Assembly (NCBI RefSeq): GCF_002105155.1
Contig: NW_019028993.1
Span: 1-64,000 of the forward strand
DNA length: 64,000 bases
DNA from: Lobosporangium transversale
Taxonomy: Eukaryota
Direction of reading: 5' to 3'
Shown here: one piece after another, positions 24,844 through 38,479 of the stretch
Numbering within the stretch: position 1 is the stretch's first letter
Layout: the number at the start of each line of letters is the position of its first letter
Notes under the pieces: generated by a model
Databases searched by the model: none
The model's input: only the letters and a program-made list of their open reading frames with translations
Told to the model about the DNA's origin: nothing
Translations under genes and position numbers: made by a program

Positions 24844-26896
24844 GGAGAGTATGAAATGTAAATGAAATGAAATGAAATGAAGCTTGTGGGAATGAATAAA
24901 GGAAAAAAGTTGAATGGCTGCCCTACAGACAAAGCACCCCCTTTTTTTTTTTTTTTTTCCTTTTTTCTTTTTCAGTGCTGATGAGATCAGTATGAATCCG
25001 TATACCAGTCGCCTCAAAAACCCTGATTGGCACTGATTAAAGTATTAAGAACGTGGGAAAGGATCTTTACTTCTACTGATATCTTTGCCTCAAGGACAGC
25101 GTCCTCCAGAGCTACAACAGCACTTTCTATTATCATTATCATTATTAATTATCTCCACCTCTGCTCAAAGATGGTTCATAACTATGCCCTGACAAAAGAA
25201 GCATCACAGACCACCTGACCTTCTCTTCTAGTATACAACTCTAGATGCCTACCGCCGAAGGCTTGAACACCGCGAAAGGCACTACTCAGAAGGGTAGGAC
25301 AAACATGTGTAGTAGTGGCCAGTGCGCTAGCATCAAACTACGAAAAGACTTCAAGATAGGCAAAAGACCCTCCAAAAGCGACATTCTAAAACTTGAACGT
25401 CTGCAAATAGTAACAAGTGGTGATGACCTAGGTGAGACCAAGGATGTATGCTAACTGCATAAAGCCAGCATAGGGGCTATGGGTCACAGGAAGGCGCAGT
25501 GTTGCATGGGCTGAATACCATCCTGTTCAAGTACAGAGGAAAGCTACAGCTACACACAGCCCCAGAGCCTTTGTCTTCGGTATGGGAAAGAATGTATCAG
25601 GACGCGTCACGCTTTCATACATGTACTTGTAAATTGCAATTGCATACCCGTATGCTCAATAATTCAAGTTTTAGGGCCTTTTTCTTTTTCTGAACCAGGT
25701 TTTCCTACGGATCAGATAGGTCAATAAGGTTGGCGGTAAACCCTTTAACGTCTTTTTTTTTTTTTTTTTTTTTTCTGATACAAGTTTTCGCTGAACGTGT
25801 GCCAAATTAGTTGTAAAGTAAATCCTGTCTTGATTATAAATGAACGTATAAAAGCGTGTACAACTTATGCTTTTAACATGTGTATTTAGAAAATGTGCGA
25901 TATGAAATAAAAAAAAAAAAAAGGAAATGGGTTTAGAGACTTCCACTAAGGCCAAAAGAGATTAATTGATCATTTATCGGTTTGCTTTTTAAAGGGTTCA
26001 TGCTGAAGTCAGTTTGTGGATTAACCTACTGGTTTTCTGTAAATCTCAAAAGATGGACTCCCTGTATAAAGGATGTTCGTTTGTGATATTATTGCCCTAT
26101 AAAAGCGCATAGGTTATTGAGTGATGTGAATGTGCACGTAATTCACTCGCGTCTGTCTTGATTAGAAAAAACAATTGAAAAAAAAAAAAAAAAAAAAAAA
26201 GAACCAATACACCGTTGTTTTCTCACAAAGATGGATTTGCTTCGCACAGGGTTCAAATCCAAAACCCACCTTGCTTTTACTTTCTATGGTCCTTATGCTA
26301 TTCCTTTCGGTATCTCAACTCGTATTCATCTATTTATCTTTTCATATTATCTATCTCCATTCTACATAAATCTGGCCAAGGACTTGGAAGTATACTCATA
26401 ACACACATGTGAGCGCACTGGCTAAAAAGTTTATCCAGCCCTAATTTTAGCTAGAAATCTCGAGTTCGTTGGAGACTTTTGGAGTCGTTGAAGAAAGCGG
26501 GCTGAGGAAACTGGAATTTGGGTTTGGGGGAAACTGGGCTGGGCTGAGGGTAACTGATCGTGATTTTGGTAACGGTCGGTTGTTTAATTAACCAAATTTA
26601 ACTGTTTTCTGTTGTTTGGTGGCAATACAAACGTGTCAATATTTCATCAAAACCCGTGTCGAACGAAACAGGTGAGGCTTTGTTACAAGGTTCTGACGAT
26701 CAGTGTTTAAAAACTCAAGAGCAACCTCTATCTGAACTCTTTATCTCTTTCTTTCTTTCTTTCTTTCTTTCTTTCCTTCTTTCTTTCTTTTTTTTCTTCT
26801 CCTTTCTTTCGTAACCGTAGTACCAGTTTTTTTTTTTTTTTTTTTAAAAAAAAAAAGAAAAAAAAAAAAAAAAAAGAGAAAGAAAGCAAAAGCAAA

Positions 26897-28515
26897 ATGA
26901 CGAGCAAAAATGAGATTGCAGCAGGACGTAAAGGATCTACATCTCAGCGTCCGTCCTTTTTTCCAAGATTGTCCTTATTTCAATGGTTCATCCGGTTCTT
27001 ACCTGCCATCATCTTTGCGTTCTACACCTATTCCAGGAAGGGAGCTTTCCAACCCCCGACCTGCATCGCCTTTGGTCTCAATTGTCCTCAAGGATCTGTT
27101 TATCTGGAGGGCATTCTCGAACGTCCTGACTATTATTCGCAAGTCCTCAAATACTATCTCTCTTTGTTCTCCAACAGTGAAGATCTCGGTGGTTCCTTCG
27201 CGGTCTTTGTGGAGGGAAAGCCCGTGATTGATGTTTATGCAGGCGCAAAGGATCTGGCCAAGACTCAGATCTACAATAACAAGACTCTTCAGCAGGTCTA
27301 TTCCTCTGGTAAGGTCGTCGAGGGCATTGTAATTGCTCGGTTGGTCGATCAAGGTTTATTGGACTATGAGAAACGGGTGGCGGACTACTGGCCTGAATTT
27401 GCACAGAATGACAAGGAGGATGTTCGACTTGTGGACCTAATGACTCATGAATCCGGAGTCTCTTACTTGGATGATGACGACGAAACCAACTTGATGAGCT
27501 GGGCTCGATTAAAAGATGTAGAATCATTCTCACAGAGATTGGCTCGTCAGCCTCATCATTTCAAGGGCGAGAAGATTCGTGCGTACCATGGCATGACTCG
27601 TGGCTGGTTTTTGAATGAGATTGTCCGTCGAGTCGATCCAAAGGGTCGAACCATCGGTCAGATTGCAGAACAAGACCTGATGGGAGCATACCCCGATGTC
27701 GAATTGTACTATTCTAAATTGCCAAAGGAATCAGATTGGGAGGACCGTCTGTCAGTGTGGCATGATTACCCTCTCCTAAGGACCATTGGCCGTCTATTGA
27801 TCCCACGGTTCATTCAGACCAACAAATACATTGGCTACCCGTCTATGGCACCTATACATCCCGTAGCCAAGGCGCTTGCTGTTGGTGGCAAGGACTTGGT
27901 TAAAAAGTCGTTCATGCCAAAGTTCGCTAGCAGTCCCGATCTTATGCGCACCAAAGAGGCCCATGAGAGTGAGAGTCCCAGCTTTTCGCTCAAGACTAAT
28001 GCTCATTCGGTAAAATTGCCCTTCTTTTATTTGCTGCTTCGACTATTGTTTTTTTTTTTTTTGCTCACACGTCTTGTTTCAACATTATCAAAAAATATGG
28101 ATAGCTTGCCAGACTAATGTCCATGATGGCTAACAAGGGCGCATCCGTTAATCCTGGTCAAGAACCTGATCTGCTTAGTCAAGAAACCTATACTAAGGCC
28201 ACCACCTTCCACTCTTCTCAACTCGATCAAATCCTAGATGAGACTCTCCCTATGTCTGTGGGAGGTTGGGTTAAGCTTAAGGGCTTTAGTGGAAGTAAAC
28301 TATTGAAGGATATTGAGATTCAAGGTTGGAGTGGTGCTGGTGGATCCCTGACCATTTGGATTGAGGAACTTCACATTGGGTTTTCATTCGTGACCAATGC
28401 CTTTGGTCCGTTCGAGGGGATCCTGGGCGACTACCGAGGCGCTAATCTGTTGGATCGGGTCGTCTATGCTAGAAAACAAGAACTTGGCCTCTTGCAAGAT
28501 GCATCAAAGGAATAG
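26897..28515 (+). CDS. Serine hydrolase of the beta-lactamase/transpeptidase-like family with an N-terminal TM; exons 26897-28009, 28105-28515
   Basis: SxxK (YSSGK), VADYWPEFAQNDK, LMTHESG, YHG, GWSGAGGS; the GT-AG intron joins the two ORFs in frame. Confidence 0.88.
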
Positions 28516-30430
28516 TGTGTGTTTACATGCACAGAACAGGTTTATTGATATGAACTTTTGAAGTAAAAGACAAAAATAGTGGCACCATAAACTATGCGTG
28601 TGCATGCTATACTTTTTTTCTAGACTAAAAATCGAATTTTATTGGGAAGGGATATAGAAAAAAAAAAAGCGCTGTAGCATGACGCGTTACACTTACTTTT
28701 GCATGTGTAATGGCATACATGTATAATGTTGCAAATGCATACGAATGTTCGAGAAGCAAGTCCGAGGAGAAATTTTTTTGAAAGGTTTTCTGGCAAATCA
28801 AATTTGACTTTGCAAATTTATTGTAGTCTTCTTGGAGAAGAAGAGATAACTGAACCCCAAAAAGAACAGATCAGCAAAAAAAAAAAAAAAAAAAAAAAAA
28901 AGGACGAAAAGAGGAACATCCGTCATGTTCTAAAGAGTTCAATACGATGCATGCATCCTCTGTATCTTTTGTGAATACAAAGGTCTGTTTCCTTGTGGAT
29001 TTATGTCCCAATGTCAATCCTTCGACGCGTTTTTTTTTTTTTTTGTTTCCTCAGGCAGGCGACCTCCTAAATTTTTTTTTTATCAGGTGATGCTCGTCCA
29101 TGCTCTGACACACGAATTTTCGCTGGACATTTGCTAATCTAATGTAGTAATCACGCCAATAACACGAATCTCACGCCTTGAGTGGTATAGAAAAAGTATG
29201 TGCAACTTGCTTCTTACCTCAAAAATAAATCTTTTTATAAACTAACCCGATGAACTCTTTTGACACACGCATTTTCTGATCAAAAAGTGAGCATACGAGT
29301 GATAAGAATAAAAAAAAAAAAATAAAAAAAATAAAAAAGAGAGAGAGAGAGGGCTTATTAAAACCCACTCCCATCAAGACCAAGAGACCAATTGATTATC
29401 TCTGCATTTGAATTATCAACTGGTTTTTACTTTTCAAAATGTGTACATGAGCATGTACATGTACATCCTAGAGTTAATTTTGTTGATTAGCAAATCATAT
29501 CAATTTATGAGAAAATCCTTTGGTTTTCTGTGGTGGCTGTTTTTATATAGACCTGAACATGCGCCATTGTTCCATTGTTCCATTGTTCCTCTGCAAAAAT
29601 CTTATTTGGTGATTGAAACGATCTTTGACTGGTGTGGATTTTTTCTTTCCAATCCTTCGCTCCTCCTCCCCACCCCCTTGAAGAATGCGAAAAGGGAAAA
29701 AGAAAAAAAAAAAGTCAGCCTCCTGCATGAATGGATTTTCGCTTGTCAAACGATTAAACCTGTTGTTAAAAAAGATGCGTTGCATTTTACAGAGTGGCGA
29801 TGTGTATACGTGAATTTGACCAATAACGTACACCAATCTGGTCCACAGGCCATGACACGGTCCCCTACGAAAAGGAGGAACAGACCCAAAGAGAAATTAT
29901 ATTTTACGCGCCATTAATGGTGAATATGAACCAAAAAAAAAAAAAAAAAAAAAAAAAAGAATCACACTTTTTAGTTGTCATGTAAACATGTATGCCCTAG
30001 TCTATACTAATAACATGTACACATTATTTTAGTTCATGTGTAGTGGAAGACTATGGTTGGTACAAGAACAATTCACTCGCCCCCCATCACTTATCTTGCC
30101 CAATTGTTCCGAAACAAGTTCGTTAACTCGTTCTATTTGGTCCAAAGCAAATCAATTGAAGCTAGGTGTACGTCCTTGCAGTTTTCTCACACTGATGGGC
30201 TTTGCTTAGCAATGGTTCAAATCAAGGTCCATTCTTGCTTAACTTTCTCTGGTCCTGGCGTCATTCCCTTCACCTTCTCTCATTTCTATATAAACCCCTC
30301 CTTTCTCCATCATTTTTTTTTTTTTCTTTTTCTTTTATCAACTCGCATCCATCATACCCAATTTCTTCAAGTTATCAAACCACTCTATTCTCATCTCTTC
30401 CTTTCAACTCCAATAAACCTTTAACCAACC

Positions 30431-31183
30431 ATGTCTCAATCTCTTCAGGTCACTATCCACCAGGCTAGCCAATTGGATGACGTTGAGGTATAGATCTTTT
30501 TCATTATCCTTCACACATTTTTGTTTTCTTTTTCTTTTTATTCACACGCGTTTTGGTTGGATTTATATCATGCAATATGAGCTGACAAGCCCTACTCTAT
30601 TTTTTTGAAATGATTTTTTTTTTTTTTTTTTTAAAAAAAGGCTTTCGGAAAGAACGATCCTTATGCCCGCGTCACCTTGGATTTCGAACGGAAAGAATTA
30701 TACCAAAAGACCGCTACCAAGAAAAACGCTGGAAATGATGTCGAATGGAACCAAACCGTGGTCCTCAGCGATTACGAACCCAGCCAGCACCACTACTTGT
30801 ATGTTGAGGTTCTTGATGACGAGACTGGAGCTGATGCCCCCATTGGCTTCGCTGCCATCCCCTTGAGCCAGGTCCGCAGTGCCCCCAACGAGACTTTGCG
30901 CGCCAAGTACGACCTCTACACCCCTAGCGGCAAGGAGAAGGGAACCATTACCTTGACCATCCAGGCCCTCCAGCCTGGTGAGCAGGCCAGCCACAGCACC
31001 CACAGTGGTCCTGAAGTCAAGGGTCAATCCCAGATTGTCACCGAGCACCATGATAAGGTCAAATCCCAAAGGAATAAGGAGAGGGCCACTGATGCCGCTG
31101 TTGCTGCTGGTGCTGCTGGCGTCTTAGGCCTCGCTGGTGCACTCCTCGGTGGCTTGGGTGGCAATGCTGCTCCCCCATCATAA
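30431..31183 (+). CDS. C2-domain protein with C-terminal Gly/Ala-rich hydrophobic segment; exons 30431-30487, 30641-31183
   Basis: LQVTIHQASQLDDVE-AFGKNDPYARV...WNQT...VEVLDDETGADAPIG is a C2 pattern. Confidence 0.85.
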
Positions 31184-32298
31184 AAAATCCATTTCTCTTA
31201 ATCAGAACAAAAAAATACAATTTTGTAAATAAATAAAAAAAAAAAAACACCGTTCTTGTTATCAAAAAAAAATCTGACCATGCCTTTTTTTTTTTTTTTT
31301 TCTTTTTTTCTGCTTTATTGTTTCTTTTGAAAATGAGATGAAGCGAAAAGTATATAGGTAAGGCTAAGGTGTGCGAGGAAAATGGGGAAGAAGTTCAGAA
31401 GGGGGTATACGCATATTATTGGGAAGAAGAAAAAGATTGAATGTAGAGGAAGGGGGTCATTATTCAATTGCCGTTTCCTTGTTGGTTTTGTGCATACAAC
31501 TTTGCTTTCTGTTTCTTTTATAGAGGGGGTACCCGGATAACAAGAAGGGCGGAAAGACAGGTGAGTGAGATTGGGGCTCGTCTAATTGCTCTCACGGTCC
31601 ATCTTACTTATTAAATGTGTGACTTTGATTTTTTTTTTTTTTATTCCAGTGTCCATTAATGCATCAATGGAATGGCAAGTTCATGCGAGATGCAAGGAAA
31701 AGGGATTCATCATGGAAAGAGAAGTGTGAAGAGTAAAAGTAAGTGTGGGCCTCGACCTGCTTTCTACCTGCTTTCTACCTGCATACTTTTTTTTTCTTTT
31801 CTTTTCTTCCACTTTTGTCCTTTGTCCTTTGTCCTTTGCACCAATAGTACAACAGCGACGACAAGTGCATGTATATGTTTATATGTATTATAACATGAAA
31901 TCATGCGCATGTGTCTCAATGCGCAAATGCAAATTGGAAGCAAGGACCCCCCATGGAAAGCAAGAGGCATTTTATTGGTAAAGGATAAACGATTAAGGGA
32001 AGAGAGTAGTTTTTCATGCGTTGTCTGTTCAAGATCTCTTTCTCTCTTTTTTTTTTTTTTTATGCTAAGGAAGTGGCTAATACCAGTCGCTGACATCAAT
32101 CCAGTTTTTAGCTGATTGATGGTGATGAAGAAAAATGACGGGAGTTTTACATGTACGATGGATCTTTTTTTTATTTTTTATTTTTTTTATTTTTTCACAG
32201 ATATTTTCGCTGACAGACGTGTCCCAACAATGGCAGTATGGAGTCAAGGAACAAATCAGCCGACAGGAAGGATGCGAATCGAATGAGGGCAACGCGTC

Positions 32299-32330
<32 letters not shown>

Positions 32331-32968
32331 GCCCGGGTATTTCTCTTCAGACAACAGACAACAGACTAGACAGAAGTATATTTGTAGAATAAGGCGAGTA
32401 TATTATTCTAAATTTAATTTTATTTTTCAATCGATGGAGTTCTGTCTGTTAATAAAGTCATCACTTCCATAAAACGGAATTGTACATGTATATGATATGA
32501 TAGATATATATATATTATATATATATTTTGTACGTGATTCTTTCCATGTAAATAGATCATGGGCTATTCATACGTACATACAATAGTCCAAAAGTAAAAA
32601 AAAAATAAATAAAAGTGTTAGAAACTTTTATATTCAATTGTATAAAATGCTTTAGAATGCTTTAAAATATATCTCATATGGACCTGTCTTTGGACTGTTA
32701 CATGATCGGCTTGTCCTTTTGCTCTTCTTTGCCTGAGTACTGGACCGAATGATGTGCATCAACGTTGTTCCTTCCTTGTCCTTTTAGAAAATTGGGTAAT
32801 GTGTCTCTTTTTCGCAAGGACCTTGTCAAGTGACAAAAACTTCCATGTATAAATACCCTCCATCCAAACCCACTTTCCTTTTTCTTTCAACTTTTTTTTT
32901 TCTTCAATCCCAAAACTACTTCCTTTCCTTCTTTACCAATACTTTTTTTTCCCATTTACTTCACAAAC

Positions 32969-33833
32969 ATGTCTCAAGGTCCTACTTTGGTAATTGTTGC
33001 CCACGGTGCTCAGAACTTGAAGGATGTTGAGGTAAGAATTATAGCAATCATTCAAATTTTCGCTCTTTATCACCTCAGATTCATTCCCACGGTAATCCTG
33101 ATTAAATAAAAAAAAAAATCGCCTTGGTTTTTCTTTTGAATGATTTTAGACCTTTGGCAAGCAAGACCCCTACTTGCAGTTCAGTCTCGACTTTAACAAC
33201 CCAAAGTCATTCCAAAAGACCTTTGTCCACAAGGATGCTGGCAAGACCGCTACCTGGAACCAGACCTTTACCGTTTCTCTTGCTGGTGAGCCCGAGTTGT
33301 TCATTGAGCTCATGGATGAAGAGACCACAGCCGATGCAGTGATTGCCTTTGCAGCGATCCCCGTCAACCAAATCGTTCATGCCCCTGGTGCTACAATGCA
33401 TGGCGTCTTTGATCTCTTTACTCCCGATGGCAAGCAGCAGGGCGAGGTCAACCTTACATTGACTGCCCACAATGTTCCCGGTCAAAACACCCAACCGGCC
33501 ATTCAGACCTCTACACCCGTCAAGGGCACCTCTCACATCTCTGAACTCCACCACAAACGCATCAAGTCCCTAAAGAACAGAGAAACCGCTGCCGATGCTG
33601 GAGGTGCTGCCTTCGGAGGACTCTTGGCCGTAGGAGCCGGTCTCTTGGCCAACAAGCTTATGGACGATAAGAAAAAGGAGGAAGAGGCTCGCAAGGAGGC
33701 CGAGCGTCAAGCCCAATTGGAGCATAGCAAGTTTGAGAATGAGAAGAAGCGTCTGGAAGAAGAGAGGGCCGCCTTCCAGCGTACACAGCTAGAGCAGCAG
33801 GCCCGTCTTGAGCAACAACAGCAACAGATTCAT

Positions 33834-33871
<38 letters not shown>

Positions 33872-34208
33872 TTCTCAGCACCAGTCCGAATATCAGCGTC
33901 ATGAACAGCATCAGCAGCATCAGCAGCATCAGAGCAGCCATCAGAGCAGCAGTGGACACCATGGTGATTATAAGAAGAAGAAGCATCACGGCGGTGACTC
34001 CTCTTCATCATCTGACTCTGATTCAGACTCTTCTCACAAGAAGGACAAGAAGGACAAGAAGGGCAAGCACTGGCAGGCCTCCGGTCACTATTACTCCCCT
34101 GGCGACAAGGTCAAGTATGATGGACGCAAGTACATCTGCTTGCAGGGCCACAATTCCCAGCCTGATTGGACTCCCTCTGCCGCACACTCTCTCTGGCACT
34201 CTAAATAA
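32969..34208 (+). CDS. C2 domain + Gly-rich segment + coiled coil/polyQ + C-terminal CBM5/12 chitin-binding module; exons 32969-33031, 33150-34208
   Basis: LKDVE-TFGKQDPY...WNQTF...MDEET (C2); C-terminus WQASGHYYSPGDKVKYDGRKYICLQGHNSQPDWTPSAAHSLW matches the CBM12 pattern. Confidence 0.85.
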
Positions 34209-35018
34209 ATAAACTAGGGAAAGGAGAGTGGAAAGCTGATGGGCCAGAGTTTTTTTTTTGTCTCTTGTCCTGAATCAGCCATGTATCATATCAAAAAAAA
34301 AAAAAAAAAAAAAAAAAAATCCATGTTAGGCAAGGCGACTTCTTTTTCTTGACAATGGATAAAACTTCTTTTTTAGTCTGCTTTCTATCCTTCGCTTTAT
34401 TGAATAAAATGGAGATTAAAAAAAAGTATTCTGCTCTGAAAAAAGTCAAGAAAAGCATGGCATGACATGGCTCGGCTCCTTTTTGGCTCCAATGAATACC
34501 ATCAGCAAACGAGGAATGAGAAATAAAAAAGATAGAGAGATAAAGGAGAGCGTCTGAAATAGTCTACAAACATAATCAAAGTAGCAATAGACTTACTCCC
34601 TTCCCAAGTCGATGCTTACTGGATAGTCAGGGATCTGGGGTCCGATGATTAATAAAATATATAATATTAATGCAGATATATATTATCTTTACCTCAAGGG
34701 GTTCACTGTGTAAAATACACTAGACCCGACATTCAAACCATTCGAAGGGAGTTGTGTAAGTGGGTCTAAAAACGTCACCGAAGGTCGGTCAATTTCACGC
34801 GATTTGCCATTGGACCCTCGCATCAAAAGAGCATTGAGTGTTTTAAAAAAAGATGAAAGTAAAATAGAGAGCAAATGCAAATGTACGATTATATATATAG
34901 CCTTTGCTCTTCCTGCTTTTTTTTTTTTTTTTTTTTTTTTTTTTCTTCTCTTTTCTTTGACATCTTCACTTCTCTCTTTCATCATCATCTCATCTCTACA
35001 CTTTTACAAAACAACATA

Positions 35019-36353
35019 ATGGACAAGCTCAAGGAAGTAAGTTATTGCAGGCTATTCCACTATTCCCTCTTTTTATTACCCTAGTTTGTTCTCTTTTTTT
35101 CTTTTCCTTTCTATCCTCTCGTTGCTTTTTTTTTTTTGTGTTGCCATTCTATTCTCTCCTCTTCTTTCTTATCTCTTTCACAATCCCTCCTCCTGTACAT
35201 GTCTGAGCTGCATATTACTGTAGTTGTGCAGGAGACCGAGGATAAGGGAGAAGGAAGGATAACTGGATACAGCAACATGCGTGTTTGTCGTTGTCATTGT
35301 TTATATAATATTTTGCAGGAGTAACAAAGTGCAAAAGAAAGACAACCGTTACTGCTCAGGAACGTCACGATTTTTTATCCTTGCCCATGGAACGCAATAG
35401 AAAAAAAAGAAAAATAATAATTATAAACATGTAACATTCTCAATGGACAGGCGATGAGATGATAAAAAAAAAAAAAAGACAGAAATGAGATTAGCTGACA
35501 GGACTTGATTAGATTGCAACGATGAACTTCCTTGTCCCTTCTTGCTTCCTTAACCACCCTTGTTGCGTGGGAGAGGAGCCAGTTTTTTTTCTTTTTCTTT
35601 TTCTTTTATTGTTATTCGACATTTTCTTTTACCCACCTGTGTCCATCCAAGACCTTGTTCCAAAGACATGATATTGACAATTGACTTTTTCTCTTTTCTT
35701 TTCTTTTTTTTTTTTCTTTTAGAAATTCGCCACCGTCCGCGCTGAGGCTGATGCCGCCATCGTCCGTGCTGAGGAAGCCGAGCGTTTGAACACTTCCCTC
35801 AAGGATGAGCTCGCTGCTAAGGATCAGGAGGCTATCTCTCTCAACAACCGCATCCAACTCCTCGAGGCTCAGTTGGAGAAGGCCGAGAGCGGTGGCAGTG
35901 ACTCCAAGACCAAGTATGTGTTATTCTATTCCATCTATTTCTTTCCTTTCTTTCTTTGGATCCTTTGGCTATGTTGTCTATATATAAAAAAGGAAATTTT
36001 TTTTTTGTTGCAAAGTCAAGGAAATGAGTACTGATGAGCAGGCAGGCAAGACAGGCTTGGACAAGCTCTTCTGCAGGCCTCATCACTGTACCTTTTCCCA
36101 AAATCATAAGGAGGAAAACACTTTCTTTACCAGGCAATGAGAATATCCAACTAATGTCAAAAACTATTTCTTTTCTTTTTTCTCCTTTAGGCTCCGTGAG
36201 CTTGAGTTGAAGGTTGAGGACCTTGAGCGCAAGACAAAGACTCTTGAGAAGGATAACGAGAACTTGGAGACCAAGCTTGAGGAGGCTACCACCAAGCTCC
36301 GTGAAGCCAAGGCAGAGCTCGAGGAGACCCTCCGTGCTATGGATGACATGTAA
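35019..36353 (+). CDS. TPM1: Tropomyosin, 123 aa; exons 35019-35036, 35723-35913, 36191-36353
   Basis: MDKLKE-KFATVRAEADAAIVRAEEAE...SLNNRIQLLEAQLEKAE...LRELELKVEDLERK...AKAELEETLRAMDDM, a fungal Tpm/Cdc8-like heptad protein. Confidence 0.88.
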
Positions 36354-38276
36354 AATTACCTTCCAACATTCACATAACAAAAAAAAATCTGTCTCCCGTT
36401 TCTTGTTTTTTTTTTTTTTTTTTTTCCTTTTATCAATATTTTTCTCCTTTAGACACAAAAAAAAAAAATCCCTCCTTCTACTCTCTCCAACCAAATAATT
36501 TCTTGGGATCCTCTTTATTATTCCCCCGCAGCATCTTTTGCTTCGACCCACTATTTTTTTGTTGGAAATAAAATTATTCAAAAACAAAAAAAACTTACAT
36601 TTAAAGTAAAAAATGCCTTTTCTTTCATAATTGTAACTGATGCCTCGAGTATGTAAATTGATTGTGAATGGCTCACAAAACAGTTTTTGCATTATGGATA
36701 TACCACACATTCTCCTATAATTTCTACATTTGGCTTTTTGATATCAGCACCATGTATTATTTTTTTTTTCTTTCTTTTTGCTCTAATAGGAACATTATAA
36801 CGCGTCGGCATCTGGTGTAGTCCCCATCATGATCACGTCCAAGGCTTCCAGGGTTTTCTGTTGTTTTCTTTCTTTTCTTTTTCTAATAGCAAAAAGGATT
36901 CATTTGTTAAAGTTTAAAAATAATGCAAGGAGTCAAGATCATTCACATACATGAACGTACATAACGCACATACACACTCAGATCTACTTTGTAGTTTCAG
37001 ATGGATCAGAGCTATTCTTCTCAGTGTCAGGATGTTAGGGGATAGTCTGCATTTCCTTCCCATCGATTGAGAATAGTACCATAATATCAAGAAAGACTTC
37101 TTTCTGGATATCTACAACCTGAACACCATCAGACGCCTCCCCCTCCCTTCGAATTGGAAAATCATCTGAATGGCAAGCGATGACAACGTTTCTTGTGTCG
37201 TACGAGGTCGGAGCTTATTCAGTCACAGGAATAGTAATAGCGGATCAAATCTAGCCGGTCGTTATTTTTATTTTTATATAAGATTTTGCTTCTTTAAGAT
37301 AAAGTTGTCATTGCTGAAGCTGTGGATAAATTAATCTTGATCAATATCAGAGAAGGTCAATATGTTCCTTGGAAGAACAGATGGTGATGATCATAATAAT
37401 AATGACAATAGTATGGTTTTTAATACATAGACCAAAATCCTTATGTATAATGATGATTATGACAAGTCCACTTAATTTTGAAGACGCGTCACTAGATACT
37501 GAAGGAAAAAAAAAAATACATCTAAATATAAAATAAAACAAAAAAACGTACCAAAGCCCTTGATCCGCTAGATTGTTTAGTATTTTTTTTTTACTATTCG
37601 GCTCCTATGAGAAGAATTGGTGTCTTTGCTCTTTATCTGAAAGTCGATCTAATTTTACGCGTTCTTTCTCATATTTTCTCTTACACTCTCTTTCTCCTCT
37701 TTTCTTTTCTTTTCTTTTTTCTTTTCTTTCCTTTCCTTTCCTTTCCTTTTTTATTTTATGTGGAAAGATTGTGAGATATTTTAGATCATTTTATGCTGAA
37801 TGCTGTTATACACCACACTGTGTGCTATCCTACACCAATCAGCAACGCGTTCTCTAAACCGCCTTTTTTAAAGAAAAGAAAAAAATAAAATAAAGGCGAA
37901 AGTAAGAGAGAAAAAACCACACCAGCTTTTATTACGAAGTATCGTTTCAAGCTCCATTGTGTATAGCTTTATTGCCTTCTTTTTTCTTTTTTTTTTAAAA
38001 AAACATATACATTATTATTAATGTTTGCTTTAGTGTGCTTTTTGCGAATGTCGATGTATGTTGGATGCAAGAAAGACGTGGAGTAGCCTAGCTGTTTCAT
38101 GAAGAGGAGAGTATACAATAGTAATCAAAAATAGAAAATCATTTTTTTCCACATATTTTCACATTTGTAAAGGAGGAAAGGCAATAGCTTTTGACGGAAA
38201 AGGGGACACAAATGGGAAAGAAGACTTCATTAGCAACGAAGTGACAATATGAGCGCATCCTGTTGTTCTACCATCT

Positions 38277-38324
<48 letters not shown>

Positions 38325-38479
38325 GTCCTTCCAAGCAGGACACGTTTGCCTATAAAAGGCATCAACATCCTCCCCTCCTTTTCCCTCCTCACTCTCTTCT
38401 ATACCAGTCACCACCACTCATTCTCTCTTTTGGATATGCTCCTGTGCTTTTAGCACGCGTACATGCCCTGCCTTTCTAT

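Noticed and set aside
25020..26600. Short ORFs and a G-rich patch between GGC1 and the serine hydrolase
   Set aside because: No motifs, splice-consistent model or clear inverted repeat found.
35841..36710. 289-aa minus-strand ORF and similar poly-K/poly-F or antisense ORFs in the track
   Set aside because: Antisense to real exons or read through homopolymer-rich introns; no protein-like features.
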